The notes under the pieces were generated by a model. It ran no database searches. It was not told the DNA's origin and was given only the letters and a program-made list of their open reading frames with translations. Source: Oopsacas minuta (Eukaryota > Animalia > Porifera). From it: a stretch of DNA of 64,000 nt. Made by a program: the position numbers and the translations under genes. Every line of letters begins with the position of its first letter. The first letter of the stretch is position 1. The stretch spans positions 860,050 to 924,049 of the forward strand of contig JAKMXF010000066.1 in the NCBI GenBank assembly GCA_024704765.1. The letters are read 5' to 3'. This document shows positions 33,201-45,429 of the stretch, piece by piece.

Positions 33201-36200
33201 ATCTAAGCACCTTAGGAATGCTTTTATATCTAGAGGTGTATCTGATGATCATAAGGCGCTAATAGATCAGGCAGCTAATCAAGTTAGTTATAGCTATATG
33301 TTTCAGGGCTCAGTTAACATTCCTATCATGTTGTTAGGTTGCTAACGATAACACAGAGCTAGCCTGTGCATTTATTCAGAAGACAGTAGTAGAGCAGGTC
33401 AGTCAGGAGATTGATAAGAAGCTTGCTGAAGAATATGATCTAAGATCTTCATCTAGACAACAAGGCAGAAGGTGTGAAAATATACATATAATACTAACCC
33501 ATTTATGAAGATGACACTGTTTTAGTTTATAGTTATATATTACAGGTACTGTAACACAGAGGTCCTGACCTATCATGCCCAGAGGATGCCTGAACAGATA
33601 AGTCTTAAGCCCGGTCCTGCTCTCCACCAGCAGATAGCTGTATATGAAGAGTTTGGTAGATGTCTGCCTGGGTTCCACCCCATGGCTCCTCCGCAGAGGA
33701 AGGAGACCATTATGCACTCTAGGTAGCATCCTTAGTTATTTTATTAGAACATAATATTATGATTATTCACATTCCAGACAATCTGAAGCTATAATCAACT
33801 CTCCTGACCTGGTGTTCCTGCTAACTCAGTGTACACAAGAAGTAGATGGTCTGTTACACATAGCTATTCAGTCTCCTTACTCCCCTCTGGTCACCTGCCT
33901 CAAACACCTACTGGAGACCCTCAACAAAGCTCAGCTGGTCAGAAATCAACAGGTCATATTTGTGCTAATTAAGGAGGCGTTAGAAGGACTGTTCAAAGCA
34001 CTAACCTTCCAGATGGAATCAGATATCCTTATAAGATTTAGGTACATTCCTAAGCTCATATCCTGTATCCATGTAGTATACATATATCTTTATCTTTGTA
34101 GAGATGTATATCTATACGTGTTAAGATGCCTACAGGAATGCAAGGCTTTAGGTGTTAACTTTGTAGCATTACACGTTACACTAGCTCTATTAGAACAGAG
34201 ACCTGAACACAGATACTATCTGCCTATAATAGATCTGTTAAGTAGACTACACATGATAGATATGAGAGAGATAGACTCATTCGTAGCTAAAGATATTGAA
34301 AGAATGGATAACTCTGCTATACTATTCGGAACACATGCTGTTAAGGTTATTTATTTATTGTTTGTTTATGTTTGTTTACTTGTTTATCTACAGCACTTCC
34401 TACTCTCCAAACAGAGGGACTCCTTATTCAATGAGGGAGATCTTAACAAGACCCTACAGGCTCTGACAAGATTCGCGTACTCTGCACATCCTCCCCCGGA
34501 GCTGCTGGTTAATATATTAGAAGCTATAAAGCTTAATATGTCTCAGCCTAGCAACAGCTCTGGTATGTAGAATATCCAATCAATTTGTATTGTATTTATT
34601 CTCTATTACTAATAGGAGTACAGCATGGAGGTGATACTATGCTACAATCTAGCAGTATGACTCCTCAGCAGGACATGTATCCCCCTCCTAATAATCTCCC
34701 CCCTCATGTCCTCTCAGAACTGGACCAAGTATCCATGGTACCACAACTACACCCCCCAGCTGATCTGTCTATTCACCCAGCAGCTCTAGGTAGGATGCAG
34801 CCTCACGAAGATCCTCCAGGCTTATCTGAGAAGGTAGAGCTACTCCTCTCTGAATGGGTCAGATCCTACCATCATCCTATGCTAGTTAAAGACATGGATC
34901 AGATATATATCGTATTTGTTAATAAACTACAACAGCAGGGTATTATGAAGAATGATGACCTCATCACCAGATTCTTTAGAATATCTGTAGAGATGTGTGT
35001 TGCTCTGTGCTACAAGTAAGATCTCTCCTATTTATACCTGTAATCTGATTGGTTGTGTTACAGCTGATTATTATTAATTAGATCAATGACAGAGCCTGAG
35101 AATCAGAGACTAGCTAGAGCTAAGTGTTATCACACCATGGATGCATTTGTAAAGTTGGTAGCAGTACTTATGAGGTTTACAGGAGAGCCTACTAACATAC
35201 AACCTAAAGTTAATGTACTACAGAAGGTTATTATGACTGTTACACAGGTATTATATTGTTTGTTTGTGTACTGAGTTAATTGAGGAACTGGTTATAGTCT
35301 ACTGCATGATTATTACCATTATCAAATTGGCGTCATATGGAACTGAACTTTATTATAATGAACAATGAACTTATCCATGTGATTATACTCGTATACTATT
35401 TAAGGTTCTCTTACAAGATCATCAGTCCAGAGGAGCAGATTTCCATCAGCTTCCTTATCAGAGGTTCTTTATCATGTTACTCACAGAGCTTAACGCTAGA
35501 GACCCTGTATTTGAGCTAATGGGACTACATGTATTGAACATATACTCACAGGTATTATTTTATAACAGTCATACTACCATTAATTAACACCTGTTACTTA
35601 GGTATATCATGAACTGAGACCAGCTAAAGCGCCTGGATTTGCATACGCTTGGTTAGAACTTATTTCTCACAGAATATTTATCGAAAAAGTTCTAATACAA
35701 ACACCTCAGCCTAAAGGATGGCAATATTTGCAACAGCTGTTAGTTGATTTATTCACATTCCTGGCTCCTTTCCTTAGAAACGCAGATCTAGAACGTCCCT
35801 TACAGATTCTATATAAAGGTATTCTTATGTGATATTTACATACATTCCTATGTTATATTATCGTATCTAGGGACTCTACGAGTTCTGTTGGTGCTGTTAC
35901 ATGATTTTCCTGAGTTCCTCTGTGATCATCATTTCGTGTTTTGTAATGTTATTCCTCCTAACTGCATACAAATGAGAAATCTTATTCTATCTGCTTTCCC
36001 TCGCAATCTCAGACTACCTGACCCATTCACTCCAGACCTCAAGGTTTGTTTGTTTGTTTGTTTGCTTGTTTATTTGTTTACTTCTTATTTGGTAGTTTGA
36101 GGAGCTCCCAGAGATCGCTCAGTCCCCAAAGATTCTCGGAGAATATTTGACTCTTATTCCTAAGGAATTCAAATCAGAGTTGGATGCATTCCTTCAGGCA

Positions 36201-37222
36201 GATTCGGTTGATAAGATGTTTCCTGTCAATCTTAGAGAGGTGAGTATTCTATGATTAGATATTATTTTGCCTAACAACCGCGAGCTCCAGCTGGTATTTC
36301 TCTTTAGAACTTCCTTCCAAATGCTCGCTATATTCTGACACAAGTTTGAGTTGTATGTACATGTCATGCTTCATAGAATATGTCTACATTCAAGAAATTA
36401 AGATACAACCATAAATATTAATTATACAATTTGTAAGAATTTAATATATAATGCATGTGGTAAGTTAGTAAATTAAAGTATAGTTTCGGACCATGGATAG
36501 TATCAATCATTTATACTCTGCTATTGCTGAATTTACATACCAATTTCCCTATACAGTTGCTACAGACATCAGCTACACATCCAGATACCTATAACATCCC
36601 TCTACTGAATGCTTTAATCCTCTACATAGGACAATCCAGCATATCCTCTCTCCAATCATTTGGTACTCCTATCTCCTCCTCCTCTGTACAGGACTCTCCT
36701 CACTTCTCTCTCCTTAGAGGAATAGTATCAGAGGTAGATACTAAGGGCAGATACCTAATGCTCAATGCGGTAACTAACCAGCTCAGATATCCTAATTCAG
36801 ATACTCACTACTTCTCCATCGTCCTGCTAGCCCTCTTCCTCAGAGCTCAGAATGAGATAGTGCAGGAACAAATCACTCGGGTAAGCTCTGCTATAGACAA
36901 CTGTTAGATATCAGTTCTATAAATAGTATCATTGTATAGGTGTTACTTGAAAGATTAATAGTATACAGACCTCACCCCTGGGGGCTATTGGTCACATTTA
37001 TTGAGCTAATTAAAGGGGAGGAGTACAATTTCTGGGAACACAGGTTAGTTATACACATTCCTAATTTATACCTTGACAACACATTTATAGCTTATTTATG
37101 TAAATAGGTTTGTTCATTGTGCGCCAGAAATTCAGCGATTATTCGAGTCAGTAGCTCAATCGTGTACTCAGCAGAAGCAAGCTCATCAGCAGAACACCAG
37201 AGAAGAATTGGAAACTACTTGA
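24968..37222 (+). CDS. CNOT1: CCR4-NOT transcription complex subunit 1, about 35-40 exons; intron 27832-29865 hosts RAP1GDS1
   Basis: [184 protein letters not shown]. Confidence 0.97.
27458..27624. mobile_element. MITE (CAGTCAACTCCTGTTACAT family) in a CNOT1 intron
   Basis: Terminal inverted repeats cagtcaactcctgttacat ... atgtaacaggaattgcttg; internal homology to 21690-21848. Confidence 0.75.
27924..29790 (-). CDS. RAP1GDS1: Rap1 GTPase-GDP dissociation stimulator 1 (SmgGDS), nested antisense in a CNOT1 intron, about 4 exons
   Basis: ARM repeats with SmgGDS motifs: [79 protein letters not shown] at 29790. Confidence 0.88.
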
Positions 37223-37368
37223 GATATTGCTTATAGAATTGTTGTTGTTGTTGTTGTTGTTGATCTAATAAAGTTATCACACTTAAGTTTTGTAGATTAC
37301 TCGGTTAAATCAGGACTTTAAACATTCCATACTTTATACATAGAGTTTCACACCTTGTTAGAATACCA

Positions 37369-37921
37369 ATGGCTACAGCTGGTAGTCAAGCTAGTATTTC
37401 TCTTATAATAACCAATCAGAAGACAGGAGAGCCTGTGGTATACAAACAGGATGGGAAGAGGTTTACTAGTGACGTCACAATTAAGCTATCTGTCAACACA
37501 GTGTATGTAGTTAGTGTTACTATAAAGCCTGCCTTCTCCAACCTTAAGTTAGTTCCAATATCATATGTACCTTTTGTTCCCATAGTTCCATATTATAGTT
37601 CTTGTTTATAGGGGCCTGGAATTAGGTACTGACATGTTAACACCTGATGATACCATCAGGTCAGAAGGTACAGTTAAACACTCATTTACATGGAGTACTA
37701 CTGGGATACCTCCTTCTGGTTCTGCTAAGAGAAATTCAATACTTGTTACATTACATTTTGATCCTGGAATCTTATCACACCATCTACAGACTAAGTTCTA
37801 TAAATCAGCTGATTTACAGCATGTCAGCTGGGGGACTAGCCTCCATGCTGTAGAGCTCAGCTGTAAGATAGAGCAGGAAGGATCAGCTGTTGGAAAGATA
37901 ACTGATTGCCGTATTAAGTGA
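37369..37921 (+). CDS. CNRIP1: CB1 cannabinoid receptor-interacting protein 1 homolog (2 exons)
   Basis: PVVYKQDGKRFTSDVTIKLSVNTVYVVSVTIKP and TTGIPPSGSAKR...LQTKFY...HVSWGTSLHAVELSC match the CRIP1 family pattern. Confidence 0.85.
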
Positions 37922-37994
37922 TTATATTATTAACTGCCATATTTATATATTTGTGATGTAGTATAATAAACAATATTTATATATTATCACACTT

Positions 37995-40587
37995 TTACTT
38001 ATCGAAATAGAATCTAATCAGCTGTCTGTTATGAGCACAGCATAACAACACCCTTCCCTTACTGTCTACTGATACCCCGTTAGGTCCTGTGACGTCAACA
38101 CCTGTTAGATTACGGCTGTTTAATGTGTAGCTAACTTTACCGTCAGAGAGGGAGAGTACCTTCAGAGTATCAGCCCCGTAGTCACTGACTAGAATTCCTC
38201 CCTCACCATCCGTTGCTATAAAGAAGGGGTTAACTAGGGTCTTGTTTGGTCCCCTGGTACCGTAGTTCCCTACTAGGTTCCCTTTGATGTTGTATATATG
38301 TAGACAGGGGTTTCCCTCATCTAGCACCACCAGCATTTCCTCTGAGGTTATTGACACGTCTCGGGGATACTCTAGCTTCCCTTGTCCAATACTGCTCTTC
38401 CATTCTAGGTCAGGACTCCATACCTATTTGTTGCTTAGTTACCATTAATTGGAATGGAATGTTATGTATAGCATACCTGTAGTCTCTTGTTACCGCTATC
38501 ACACACGTACACCATCTTGCCACAGGATATTCCCATTGGATTGTTAAGCTCTTCCTTACCGTCTCCTAGCAACCCAGCCTTGCTCAGGAATGTACCATCT
38601 AATGAATACTTATTAACAGAATGTTTGACACCATCAGTGACGTATATACTGTCCTCTCTGTATGCTATCCCCCATGGATACCCTATATTCGTTATATCTG
38701 ATATATCACACACCTTGTTGTTACCTCTGTATACTCTAATGCATTTACCGGGACCATCTGCTATCAGTAATCTGTATAGATTTAATTAAGATTGATCATA
38801 TTTTGATACCTATTAATTACCTGTTCATAGAGTCAGTGACTACTCCATAGGGACGACATATCACCTCAGATATGACTAGATCAGGTTTAATACTCGAATA
38901 GTTAAGAGCAGTCACAAGTGTCCCGCTATCCTTTATAGCTCTCTCTGTCATTCCTGTTAGTTTCAGTTTCAATTGATTGTATAGAGGTAGCTCTCTACTG
39001 AGTATTGTAATATAATGCTGTAAGGAACAGGGTTGTATCAGGTGACTGTTATTCTCCTCTAAAGTGCGTACAGAGCACAGCTGTGCTGAGCTAGTTAGAT
39101 AGGTGTTAGCACGTACCAGCTGATTTATCTCTCTGTCTAGCTATTATACAGATATAATATATCTAATACATAGGTGTTATAATATGATTAATCACCTGCT
39201 GTATCTTGATATTAATTTCCCTCTTACTCCTAGAGAAATGACTCCATGTCTTGTGTATTAACTCATCTCTCTTCAATTCTACACGTCTAACTATCTCCTC
39301 ATAAACCTCAGTAATCTCCTGTACTAATTTCACTTCATCACTTATACTCCTGTCTAGCATGTCTCTTAGTGTATCCCTCCTAGTCTGCATGTCTATAGTG
39401 TAAGTGTAAGAACTACGTATGTGTGATAGGAATCTATCCTTTATTTCTGATAGTCTAGTCTCTATTGTGGTTGTTATGTGTTGTCTGTGTTCCTCTACCA
39501 AACACCTAAATATAGTGTATGTCGGTTATAAGAACACCCTTAGGAGTAGCTATACATGTTCTTATAACCGGCATCCCATGTATTCTAGTATTGTCCTTAG
39601 CAACTAACCCGTCACATAGGAATGCATCACATTCCGTACAGAAATGCGCCAGAGCTCTGCTTCCATGTTTCCTACATGCTCCTAGCCTGTGTTGCATATC
39701 AGCCATCAGCTGTTCTATCCTCAAACAGCTGATGTCTTCTAGCCTAAGCACTAGATGATTATACCCATCTCCTCTATATGATAATGATTATTTGTTTGTT
39801 TGTTTGTTTATAATAGAGGTGTTACCTGTTGTGTAAATCAATACAAACATGACATAATAGTCTATCACATTCCATACACAGATGAGTAGCAGCTAATGAT
39901 TGAGAGCTGAAACAATTCTCACACAGATGAGCTTCCTGCTTACTTCCTGTACCTCTCTTCTCTCCTCTCTTAGTTTGCTCAAATATCTTCTTATAATCTC
40001 TTGACAGTAGATTAGCTCTGAATAATCATATGATATTATTGACACCTTATATCATTAATTACTAACCTCAATTCTCCGTACTGTACACTAGCTACCACTA
40101 CACAGCTGTCGTTAGGACACTTATAGTAACCCTCCTCTATCCTCACACACCCCAGACACACACTGTGACAACAGGACAACATGTACAGGTCTGATCTCCT
40201 CACCTCTACACCACATATACAGCATACTAGATGCTCGATAGCTATTGGTTGTACTTGTGGATTGCTATCTCTTCTGTATTTGTGTTTTGAGTATTCTGTT
40301 ACTGGTTTAAGCCTGTGGAATAGTTCCGTAAAGGTTATATTAGTTCCGGTTATTAACACCTACCTAGTCCTCTGTCTCTCTGGTACAGAGGTAGCTAGCA
40401 CCTCTCTCTCACTCTCCCTCTCTATAGCAGGCTCACTCTGATGGAACGTGTTACCCTGGGGTAACTGGTTGTCCTGATCAGCTTCAGGTAGCTCACTCAG
40501 TTTATCCACTGACATACTGTTCTTTTTGGAAAGATTCTTCTTATTTCTTCTGCTCATGGTTATTTCCTTAGATACGATATTGGGCAT
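37995..40587 (-). CDS. TRIM-NHL type E3 ligase (RING, B-box, coiled coil, NHL repeats), multi-exon
   Basis: RING CCICG...LSCCHSVCLGC...YKCP; B-box CRKH...FCTECDAFLCDG/CLVEEHRQH; helical region; NHL blades YPWGIAY, NPMGISC, NPFFIATD, GPNGVSVD. Confidence 0.88.
39521..39572. mobile_element. Short hairpin / MITE relic (GGTTATAAGAACA family) in a TRIM intron
   Basis: gtcggttataagaaca ... tgttcttataaccggc, 15/16 inverted match. acatgttcttataaccggcat (39554-39574) recurs exactly at 63494-63514. Confidence 0.6.
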
Positions 40588-40703
40588 AAGGAATGCTATT
40601 ATAGTGACCTTTGTGACTCAAAGCTTCATAGGCCTATTGTATATCTCATGTTACTCATTCAGGATATGTGATACTATGAATTCTATTATTAGATATAGCT
40701 AAT

Positions 40704-42333
40704 ATGTCTGAGGAAGTAGATAGACATATTCTAGAACATTATGACATCAAGAAGAGGATCGGAAAGGGAGCATACGGTATAGTATGGAAAGCTATTGATA
40801 GAAGAAATGGAGAGATTTGTGCTCTTAAGAAAATATTCGATGCTTTCCGTAACACTACAGATGCCCAGAGAACATACAGAGAGGTATTCTTCCTAACTAA
40901 ATTCTCATCTCATCAGAATATAGTGAGATTACTGAATGTAGTCAGAGCTGATAATCACAGAGATTTATATCTGTTATTTGAGTATATGGACACTGATCTC
41001 CACCAAGCTATTAGAGCTGGGATATTAGCTGAAATACACAGAGCTTATATCATGTATCAGCTGATGAATGTAAGTTATGTTTATGCACATTTTAACATCT
41101 AGTTAAGGTGTGAATATATTATATCTGCAGGCTACTAGCTACCTACATTCTGGCAATGTTATACACAGAGATTACAAACCTAGCAACGTATTACTCAATG
41201 CGGAATGTTTCGTTAAAGTTGCAGACTTTGGACTGGCTCGGTCTCTTATTCAAATTCCACCATCCCAATCTGGTAGTCATGGTAACACGGTAGATACGAA
41301 CAGTGAGCCTCTGATGACTGAGTATGTAGCTACTAGATGGTACAGAGCTCCTGAGATTCTGCTAAGCTCCAATAAGTACACTAAAGGTGTCGATATGTGG
41401 TCATTAGGGTGTATCCTAGCTGAAATGATGACTCATAAGCCTTTGTTCTCAGGTGATAATTATTCGTTGCATAACATATAGGAACATTTACTTATGTATT
41501 TATCAGGTAGCTCTAGTCTTAACATGATATCACTGATAAGCTCTGCGCTACCTCCTCCTACTCCTAGTGACGTCACTAGCTTACAATCTCCTTATGCTCA
41601 GTCCACACTAGAGCACTCACGGTCCAAACAGAAACGTCCTTTATGTGATATGTTACCAGACAGTTGTCCTCCAGCTGTTGATCTGGTGGAACAGCTGATG
41701 AGGTGGTCACCTGATAAGAGGCTATCTGCCCTCCATGCCCTCTCTCACTCCTACTTGTCCCGTTTCTATGACGGCGATGAATTAATAGACATACAGACTG
41801 ATATCCTCCCTGATATAACCGGTATGTTATAGTAACAGCTGTAGAGTTATCAACCAATCAGATTGTATGTAGATGACGTCATTCTATCTGTCAGTGAGTA
41901 CAGAGACAGACTATACTCAGACATTAAACTAGCTAATCAGGATAGAATAGAGAAGAGAGTTAAAACTGAAGAATCCACACATTCCTTACGAGCAACCCCG
42001 CCACTACGCAACTTTACAAATGTACAGGATAAGACTGAAGATCCTCTGTTTGCTATAAAGAGTACTCCTGTCTTACTCAGGGGATCATATAGTCCCAGAA
42101 CTGTAACCAAAGTACCTCCTCCTCCTCCTGCAGGGAAGCCTTCAATTTTCCCGAAACAGCTGCTCTCTCCTGGTGAGTTATGTCTTAATTCTCTACTGAT
42201 TGGTTCATTTGTTCTATTTATAGGTGCTGGGATCAGGCACTCAGACAGTCAGCTGGCTTTACAAGCTAAGAACCAATCATATGGTGTTATATCCCGCACA
42301 GACATGAAACAGCTGTTCAAGAAACCATTTTGA
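40704..42333 (+). CDS. MAPK15: Mitogen-activated protein kinase 15 (ERK7/ERK8)
   Basis: [74 protein letters not shown] activation motif in [14 protein letters not shown]. Confidence 0.96.
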
Positions 42334-42390
42334 ATATTTGTATTTCTGCACTTACCTATGTACACTGATTACTTTAATTATATAATTAGC

Positions 42391-43589
42391 ATGGCATTGA
42401 GAGGTGTTAGGGTGTTAGAAATGGCCGGATTAGCCCCCTCACCGTTTGCTGGTCTCATTCTATCAGACTACGGATGTGACGTAATACGAGTAGACAGATG
42501 TTCACCTGCCAACTTTGACACGATGGTTCGGGGCAAGAGGTCAATAGCTCTAGACCTGAAGAGGAAGGAGGGCTCCTCTCTCCTAATGAAGTTAATTCAA
42601 GCTAGTGACGTCCTTATAGAGCCTTATCGTCCTGGAGTTATGGAGAGGATGGGACTAGGTCCTGATCTCTGTCTTAAACAGAATCCTGAACTGGTGTACG
42701 CCCGTTTAACTGGGTTCGGACAGATGGGACCGCTCAGCAAGAAAGCAGGACATGACATTAACTACCTGGCTATAAGCGGTCTGCTCTCCTGTCTGGGCCC
42801 TAGGTCTCTTCCTCCTAATCCGCCAATCAATTTACTAGCTGATTTTGTTGGAGGTAGTTTATTCTGTGTCCTGGGAATACTAACTGCTCTGATAACAAGA
42901 CAAAGAACAGGGAGAGGGCAAGTAGTAGATGTAAGTATGGTAGATGGAGCTGCTTATCTGTCTACATTCCTATTAACTACTCAGTCGTCAGGGATGTGGG
43001 CTGGGGATAGAGGTAATAATCTATTGGATGGAGGAGCTCATTTCTACTCTGTGTACAGGACCAGGGATGACAAATATTTGGCGGTTGGAGCTATAGAGCC
43101 ACAATTCTACGCTCAGCTGTTAGAAGGACTCAATCTTAGAGGAAATGATTTACCCGCACAAATGGACATAAACAGCTGGCCGGATCTTAAGGAGAGATTC
43201 CAGAAGGTTAGTTTGGTTGCTATGGTAGTGCAAATATTTGACATAATTATTTGTAGATATTCTCTGAAAAGGACAGAGATGATTGGTTGAAAATATTCTC
43301 TAATTTGGACGCATGTGTGACTCCAGTTTTGGATCTACATTCCGGAGAAGCTGCCCTTGACAACGCCAACAAAGATCGGAATGTGTTTGATACTTCTGAA
43401 CAACCTTACATTCCTAAGCCAGCTCCTCGTCTCCAAGGAACACCAGCTGTCTACCGACCCTCTGTCGGTATTTATGTTGGAGAACACACACATTCCATTC
43501 TATCAGAAGTGTTGTCAATGAGTCACGAGAATATTAGGCATTTGTTTGAACAGAAAATAGTTCAATCTTACCCACCAACAAAACTATAG
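42391..43589 (+). CDS. AMACR: Alpha-methylacyl-CoA racemase (CaiB/BaiF family), 2 exons
   Basis: [86 protein letters not shown]; ends TKL (PTS1-like). Confidence 0.96.
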
Positions 43590-43657
43590 CTCTGGAATGT
43601 ATATTTCTATTTCTTAGTTGTTTTATTATCCTTATTTGTGTTCTAAAAATAGCTACT

Positions 43658-45289
43658 ATGGGACTACTGAAGAGCTCCAAGACTAAAGCATACATCAGGA
43701 GGTATCAAGTGAAGTTTAGACGTCGCAGAGAATGTAAGACAGATTATTTCGCGCGTAAACGTCTGATAACTCAAGATAAGAACAAGTATTTGTCTCCTAA
43801 ATACAGACTGGTTGTAAGGTTCTCTAATAAGGATATCACCTGTCAGATTGTGTATGCTAAGATTGTAGGTGATCATGTTATGTGTGCTGCCTATGCTCAC
43901 GAACTACCAAGGTCTTTGTAAAGATAGAATATTACAGAATAATCTCCATATACTCTATCATTATATTACTTGTTGTAGGTACGGGGTAAAGGTAGGTCTA
44001 AGCAACTACTCAGCTGCCTACTGTACAGGTCTACTGCTAGCTAGGAGATTACTGACTAAGCTTAATATGGCAAACAAATTTGAAGGAAAGACAGATCTGA
44101 CAGAAGATGACTCTAGCTTTACACCTGAGCATGCATTCAGGGCTTTCTTAGACGTAGGATTAACCAGAACTAACAAAGGTAACAGAGTATTTGCTGCACT
44201 TAAAGGAGCAGTAGATGGTGGAATAGATGTACCTTTCAAGGACAAGTGTCTAGTAGGGTAAGTGATATATTTATACATATATCATACATTCCTTTGCTCC
44301 TCTTCCGTAGTTACAATAATGCTGCGAAGGAGATGGACGGAGATAAACTACGTAATCAGCTGTTAGGAGGACATGTAGCTGGTTACATGAGGAGACTACA
44401 GGACAAGAATCCTGAGGAGTATCAGGCCCATTTTTCTAGATTCATAAAGGCAGGTCTGGGACCTGATGACCTGGAGAATATGTATAAATCTGCTCATACA
44501 GCTATCAGGAATGATCCAACTATGAAACAGAGAGAAGAGGTTTGTTATGTTATTTGTATTTATGGAAATATACAACTCTTATAATACATTTAAGCCTGTA
44601 TTCTCTCATCCATGGTCCTGTAATTATTTAAGAGATACATTTCGTATTTTTGTCATAAGTTATTCTAGGAAATAATTAGGTTTCTCAGCTGTTAAAGTAA
44701 TTATTATAAATACGAATAATTGTCTGGAAAATCATTCCTTGCGTATTTATTATGTCTGGTCATGCACATAACCCCGCAACAAGTGTGTAGATAGGAATGC
44801 ATGGTCTACATGTCCCTAACAACCACTGCAAAGAAAAGTATTTATAATATTTATCAACACTAACAATTCGGTTAAATAGCAGATTGTATAGTTTCCCTTT
44901 GTTATGCGATCTTAGTTATATAAGCCTTCATTGTTTCGCTCAATTAATTCATATATTGTTATTCATTATTTAGAGATATGTTTCGTCACCTATTTATCGT
45001 AGATTCATATAAATGTATCCAAACATCTGATTAACTTAATTATTTCCTATTAGCGTTAATTCCCTAATCGCGATATCTTTATACCTATAAATGGTCAGGT
45101 CATATCTCCTGAAACCGTGCAATACTAATACAGGTAGTTAATATACTACCATGTGTGTAGGTTAAGAAGCATCACGCAATGAAGCGGAAACGTAAGCTAA
45201 CTTTATCAGAGAAGAAGAACAGAATAAAGCAGAAGAAAGCTTCTGCTCTAAAGAGAGCTGTAGCAGATGTAGAAATGGCTGCAGTGTAG
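43658..45289 (+). CDS. RPL5: 60S ribosomal protein L5 (uL18), 4 exons
   Basis: [93 protein letters not shown]-terminal [15 protein letters not shown]. Confidence 0.97.
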
Positions 45290-45429
45290 ACTGATATATT
45301 CAGTAGGGAATAGAATGAATTGTTTAGTCGATTTAGGAAATAAATATTTAGATATACGCATTCCTTACCGTTGCTAGGTCCTAATGTACACATTCCTAAC
45401 CGTTGCTATGTTGTTATTAATTAGCTTTA

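Noticed and set aside
37995-38789. TRIM-NHL gene as the direct parent of the short NHL copies
   Set aside because: Its NHL blades are intron-split and show no DNA-level similarity to copies A-C; only the fold is shared.
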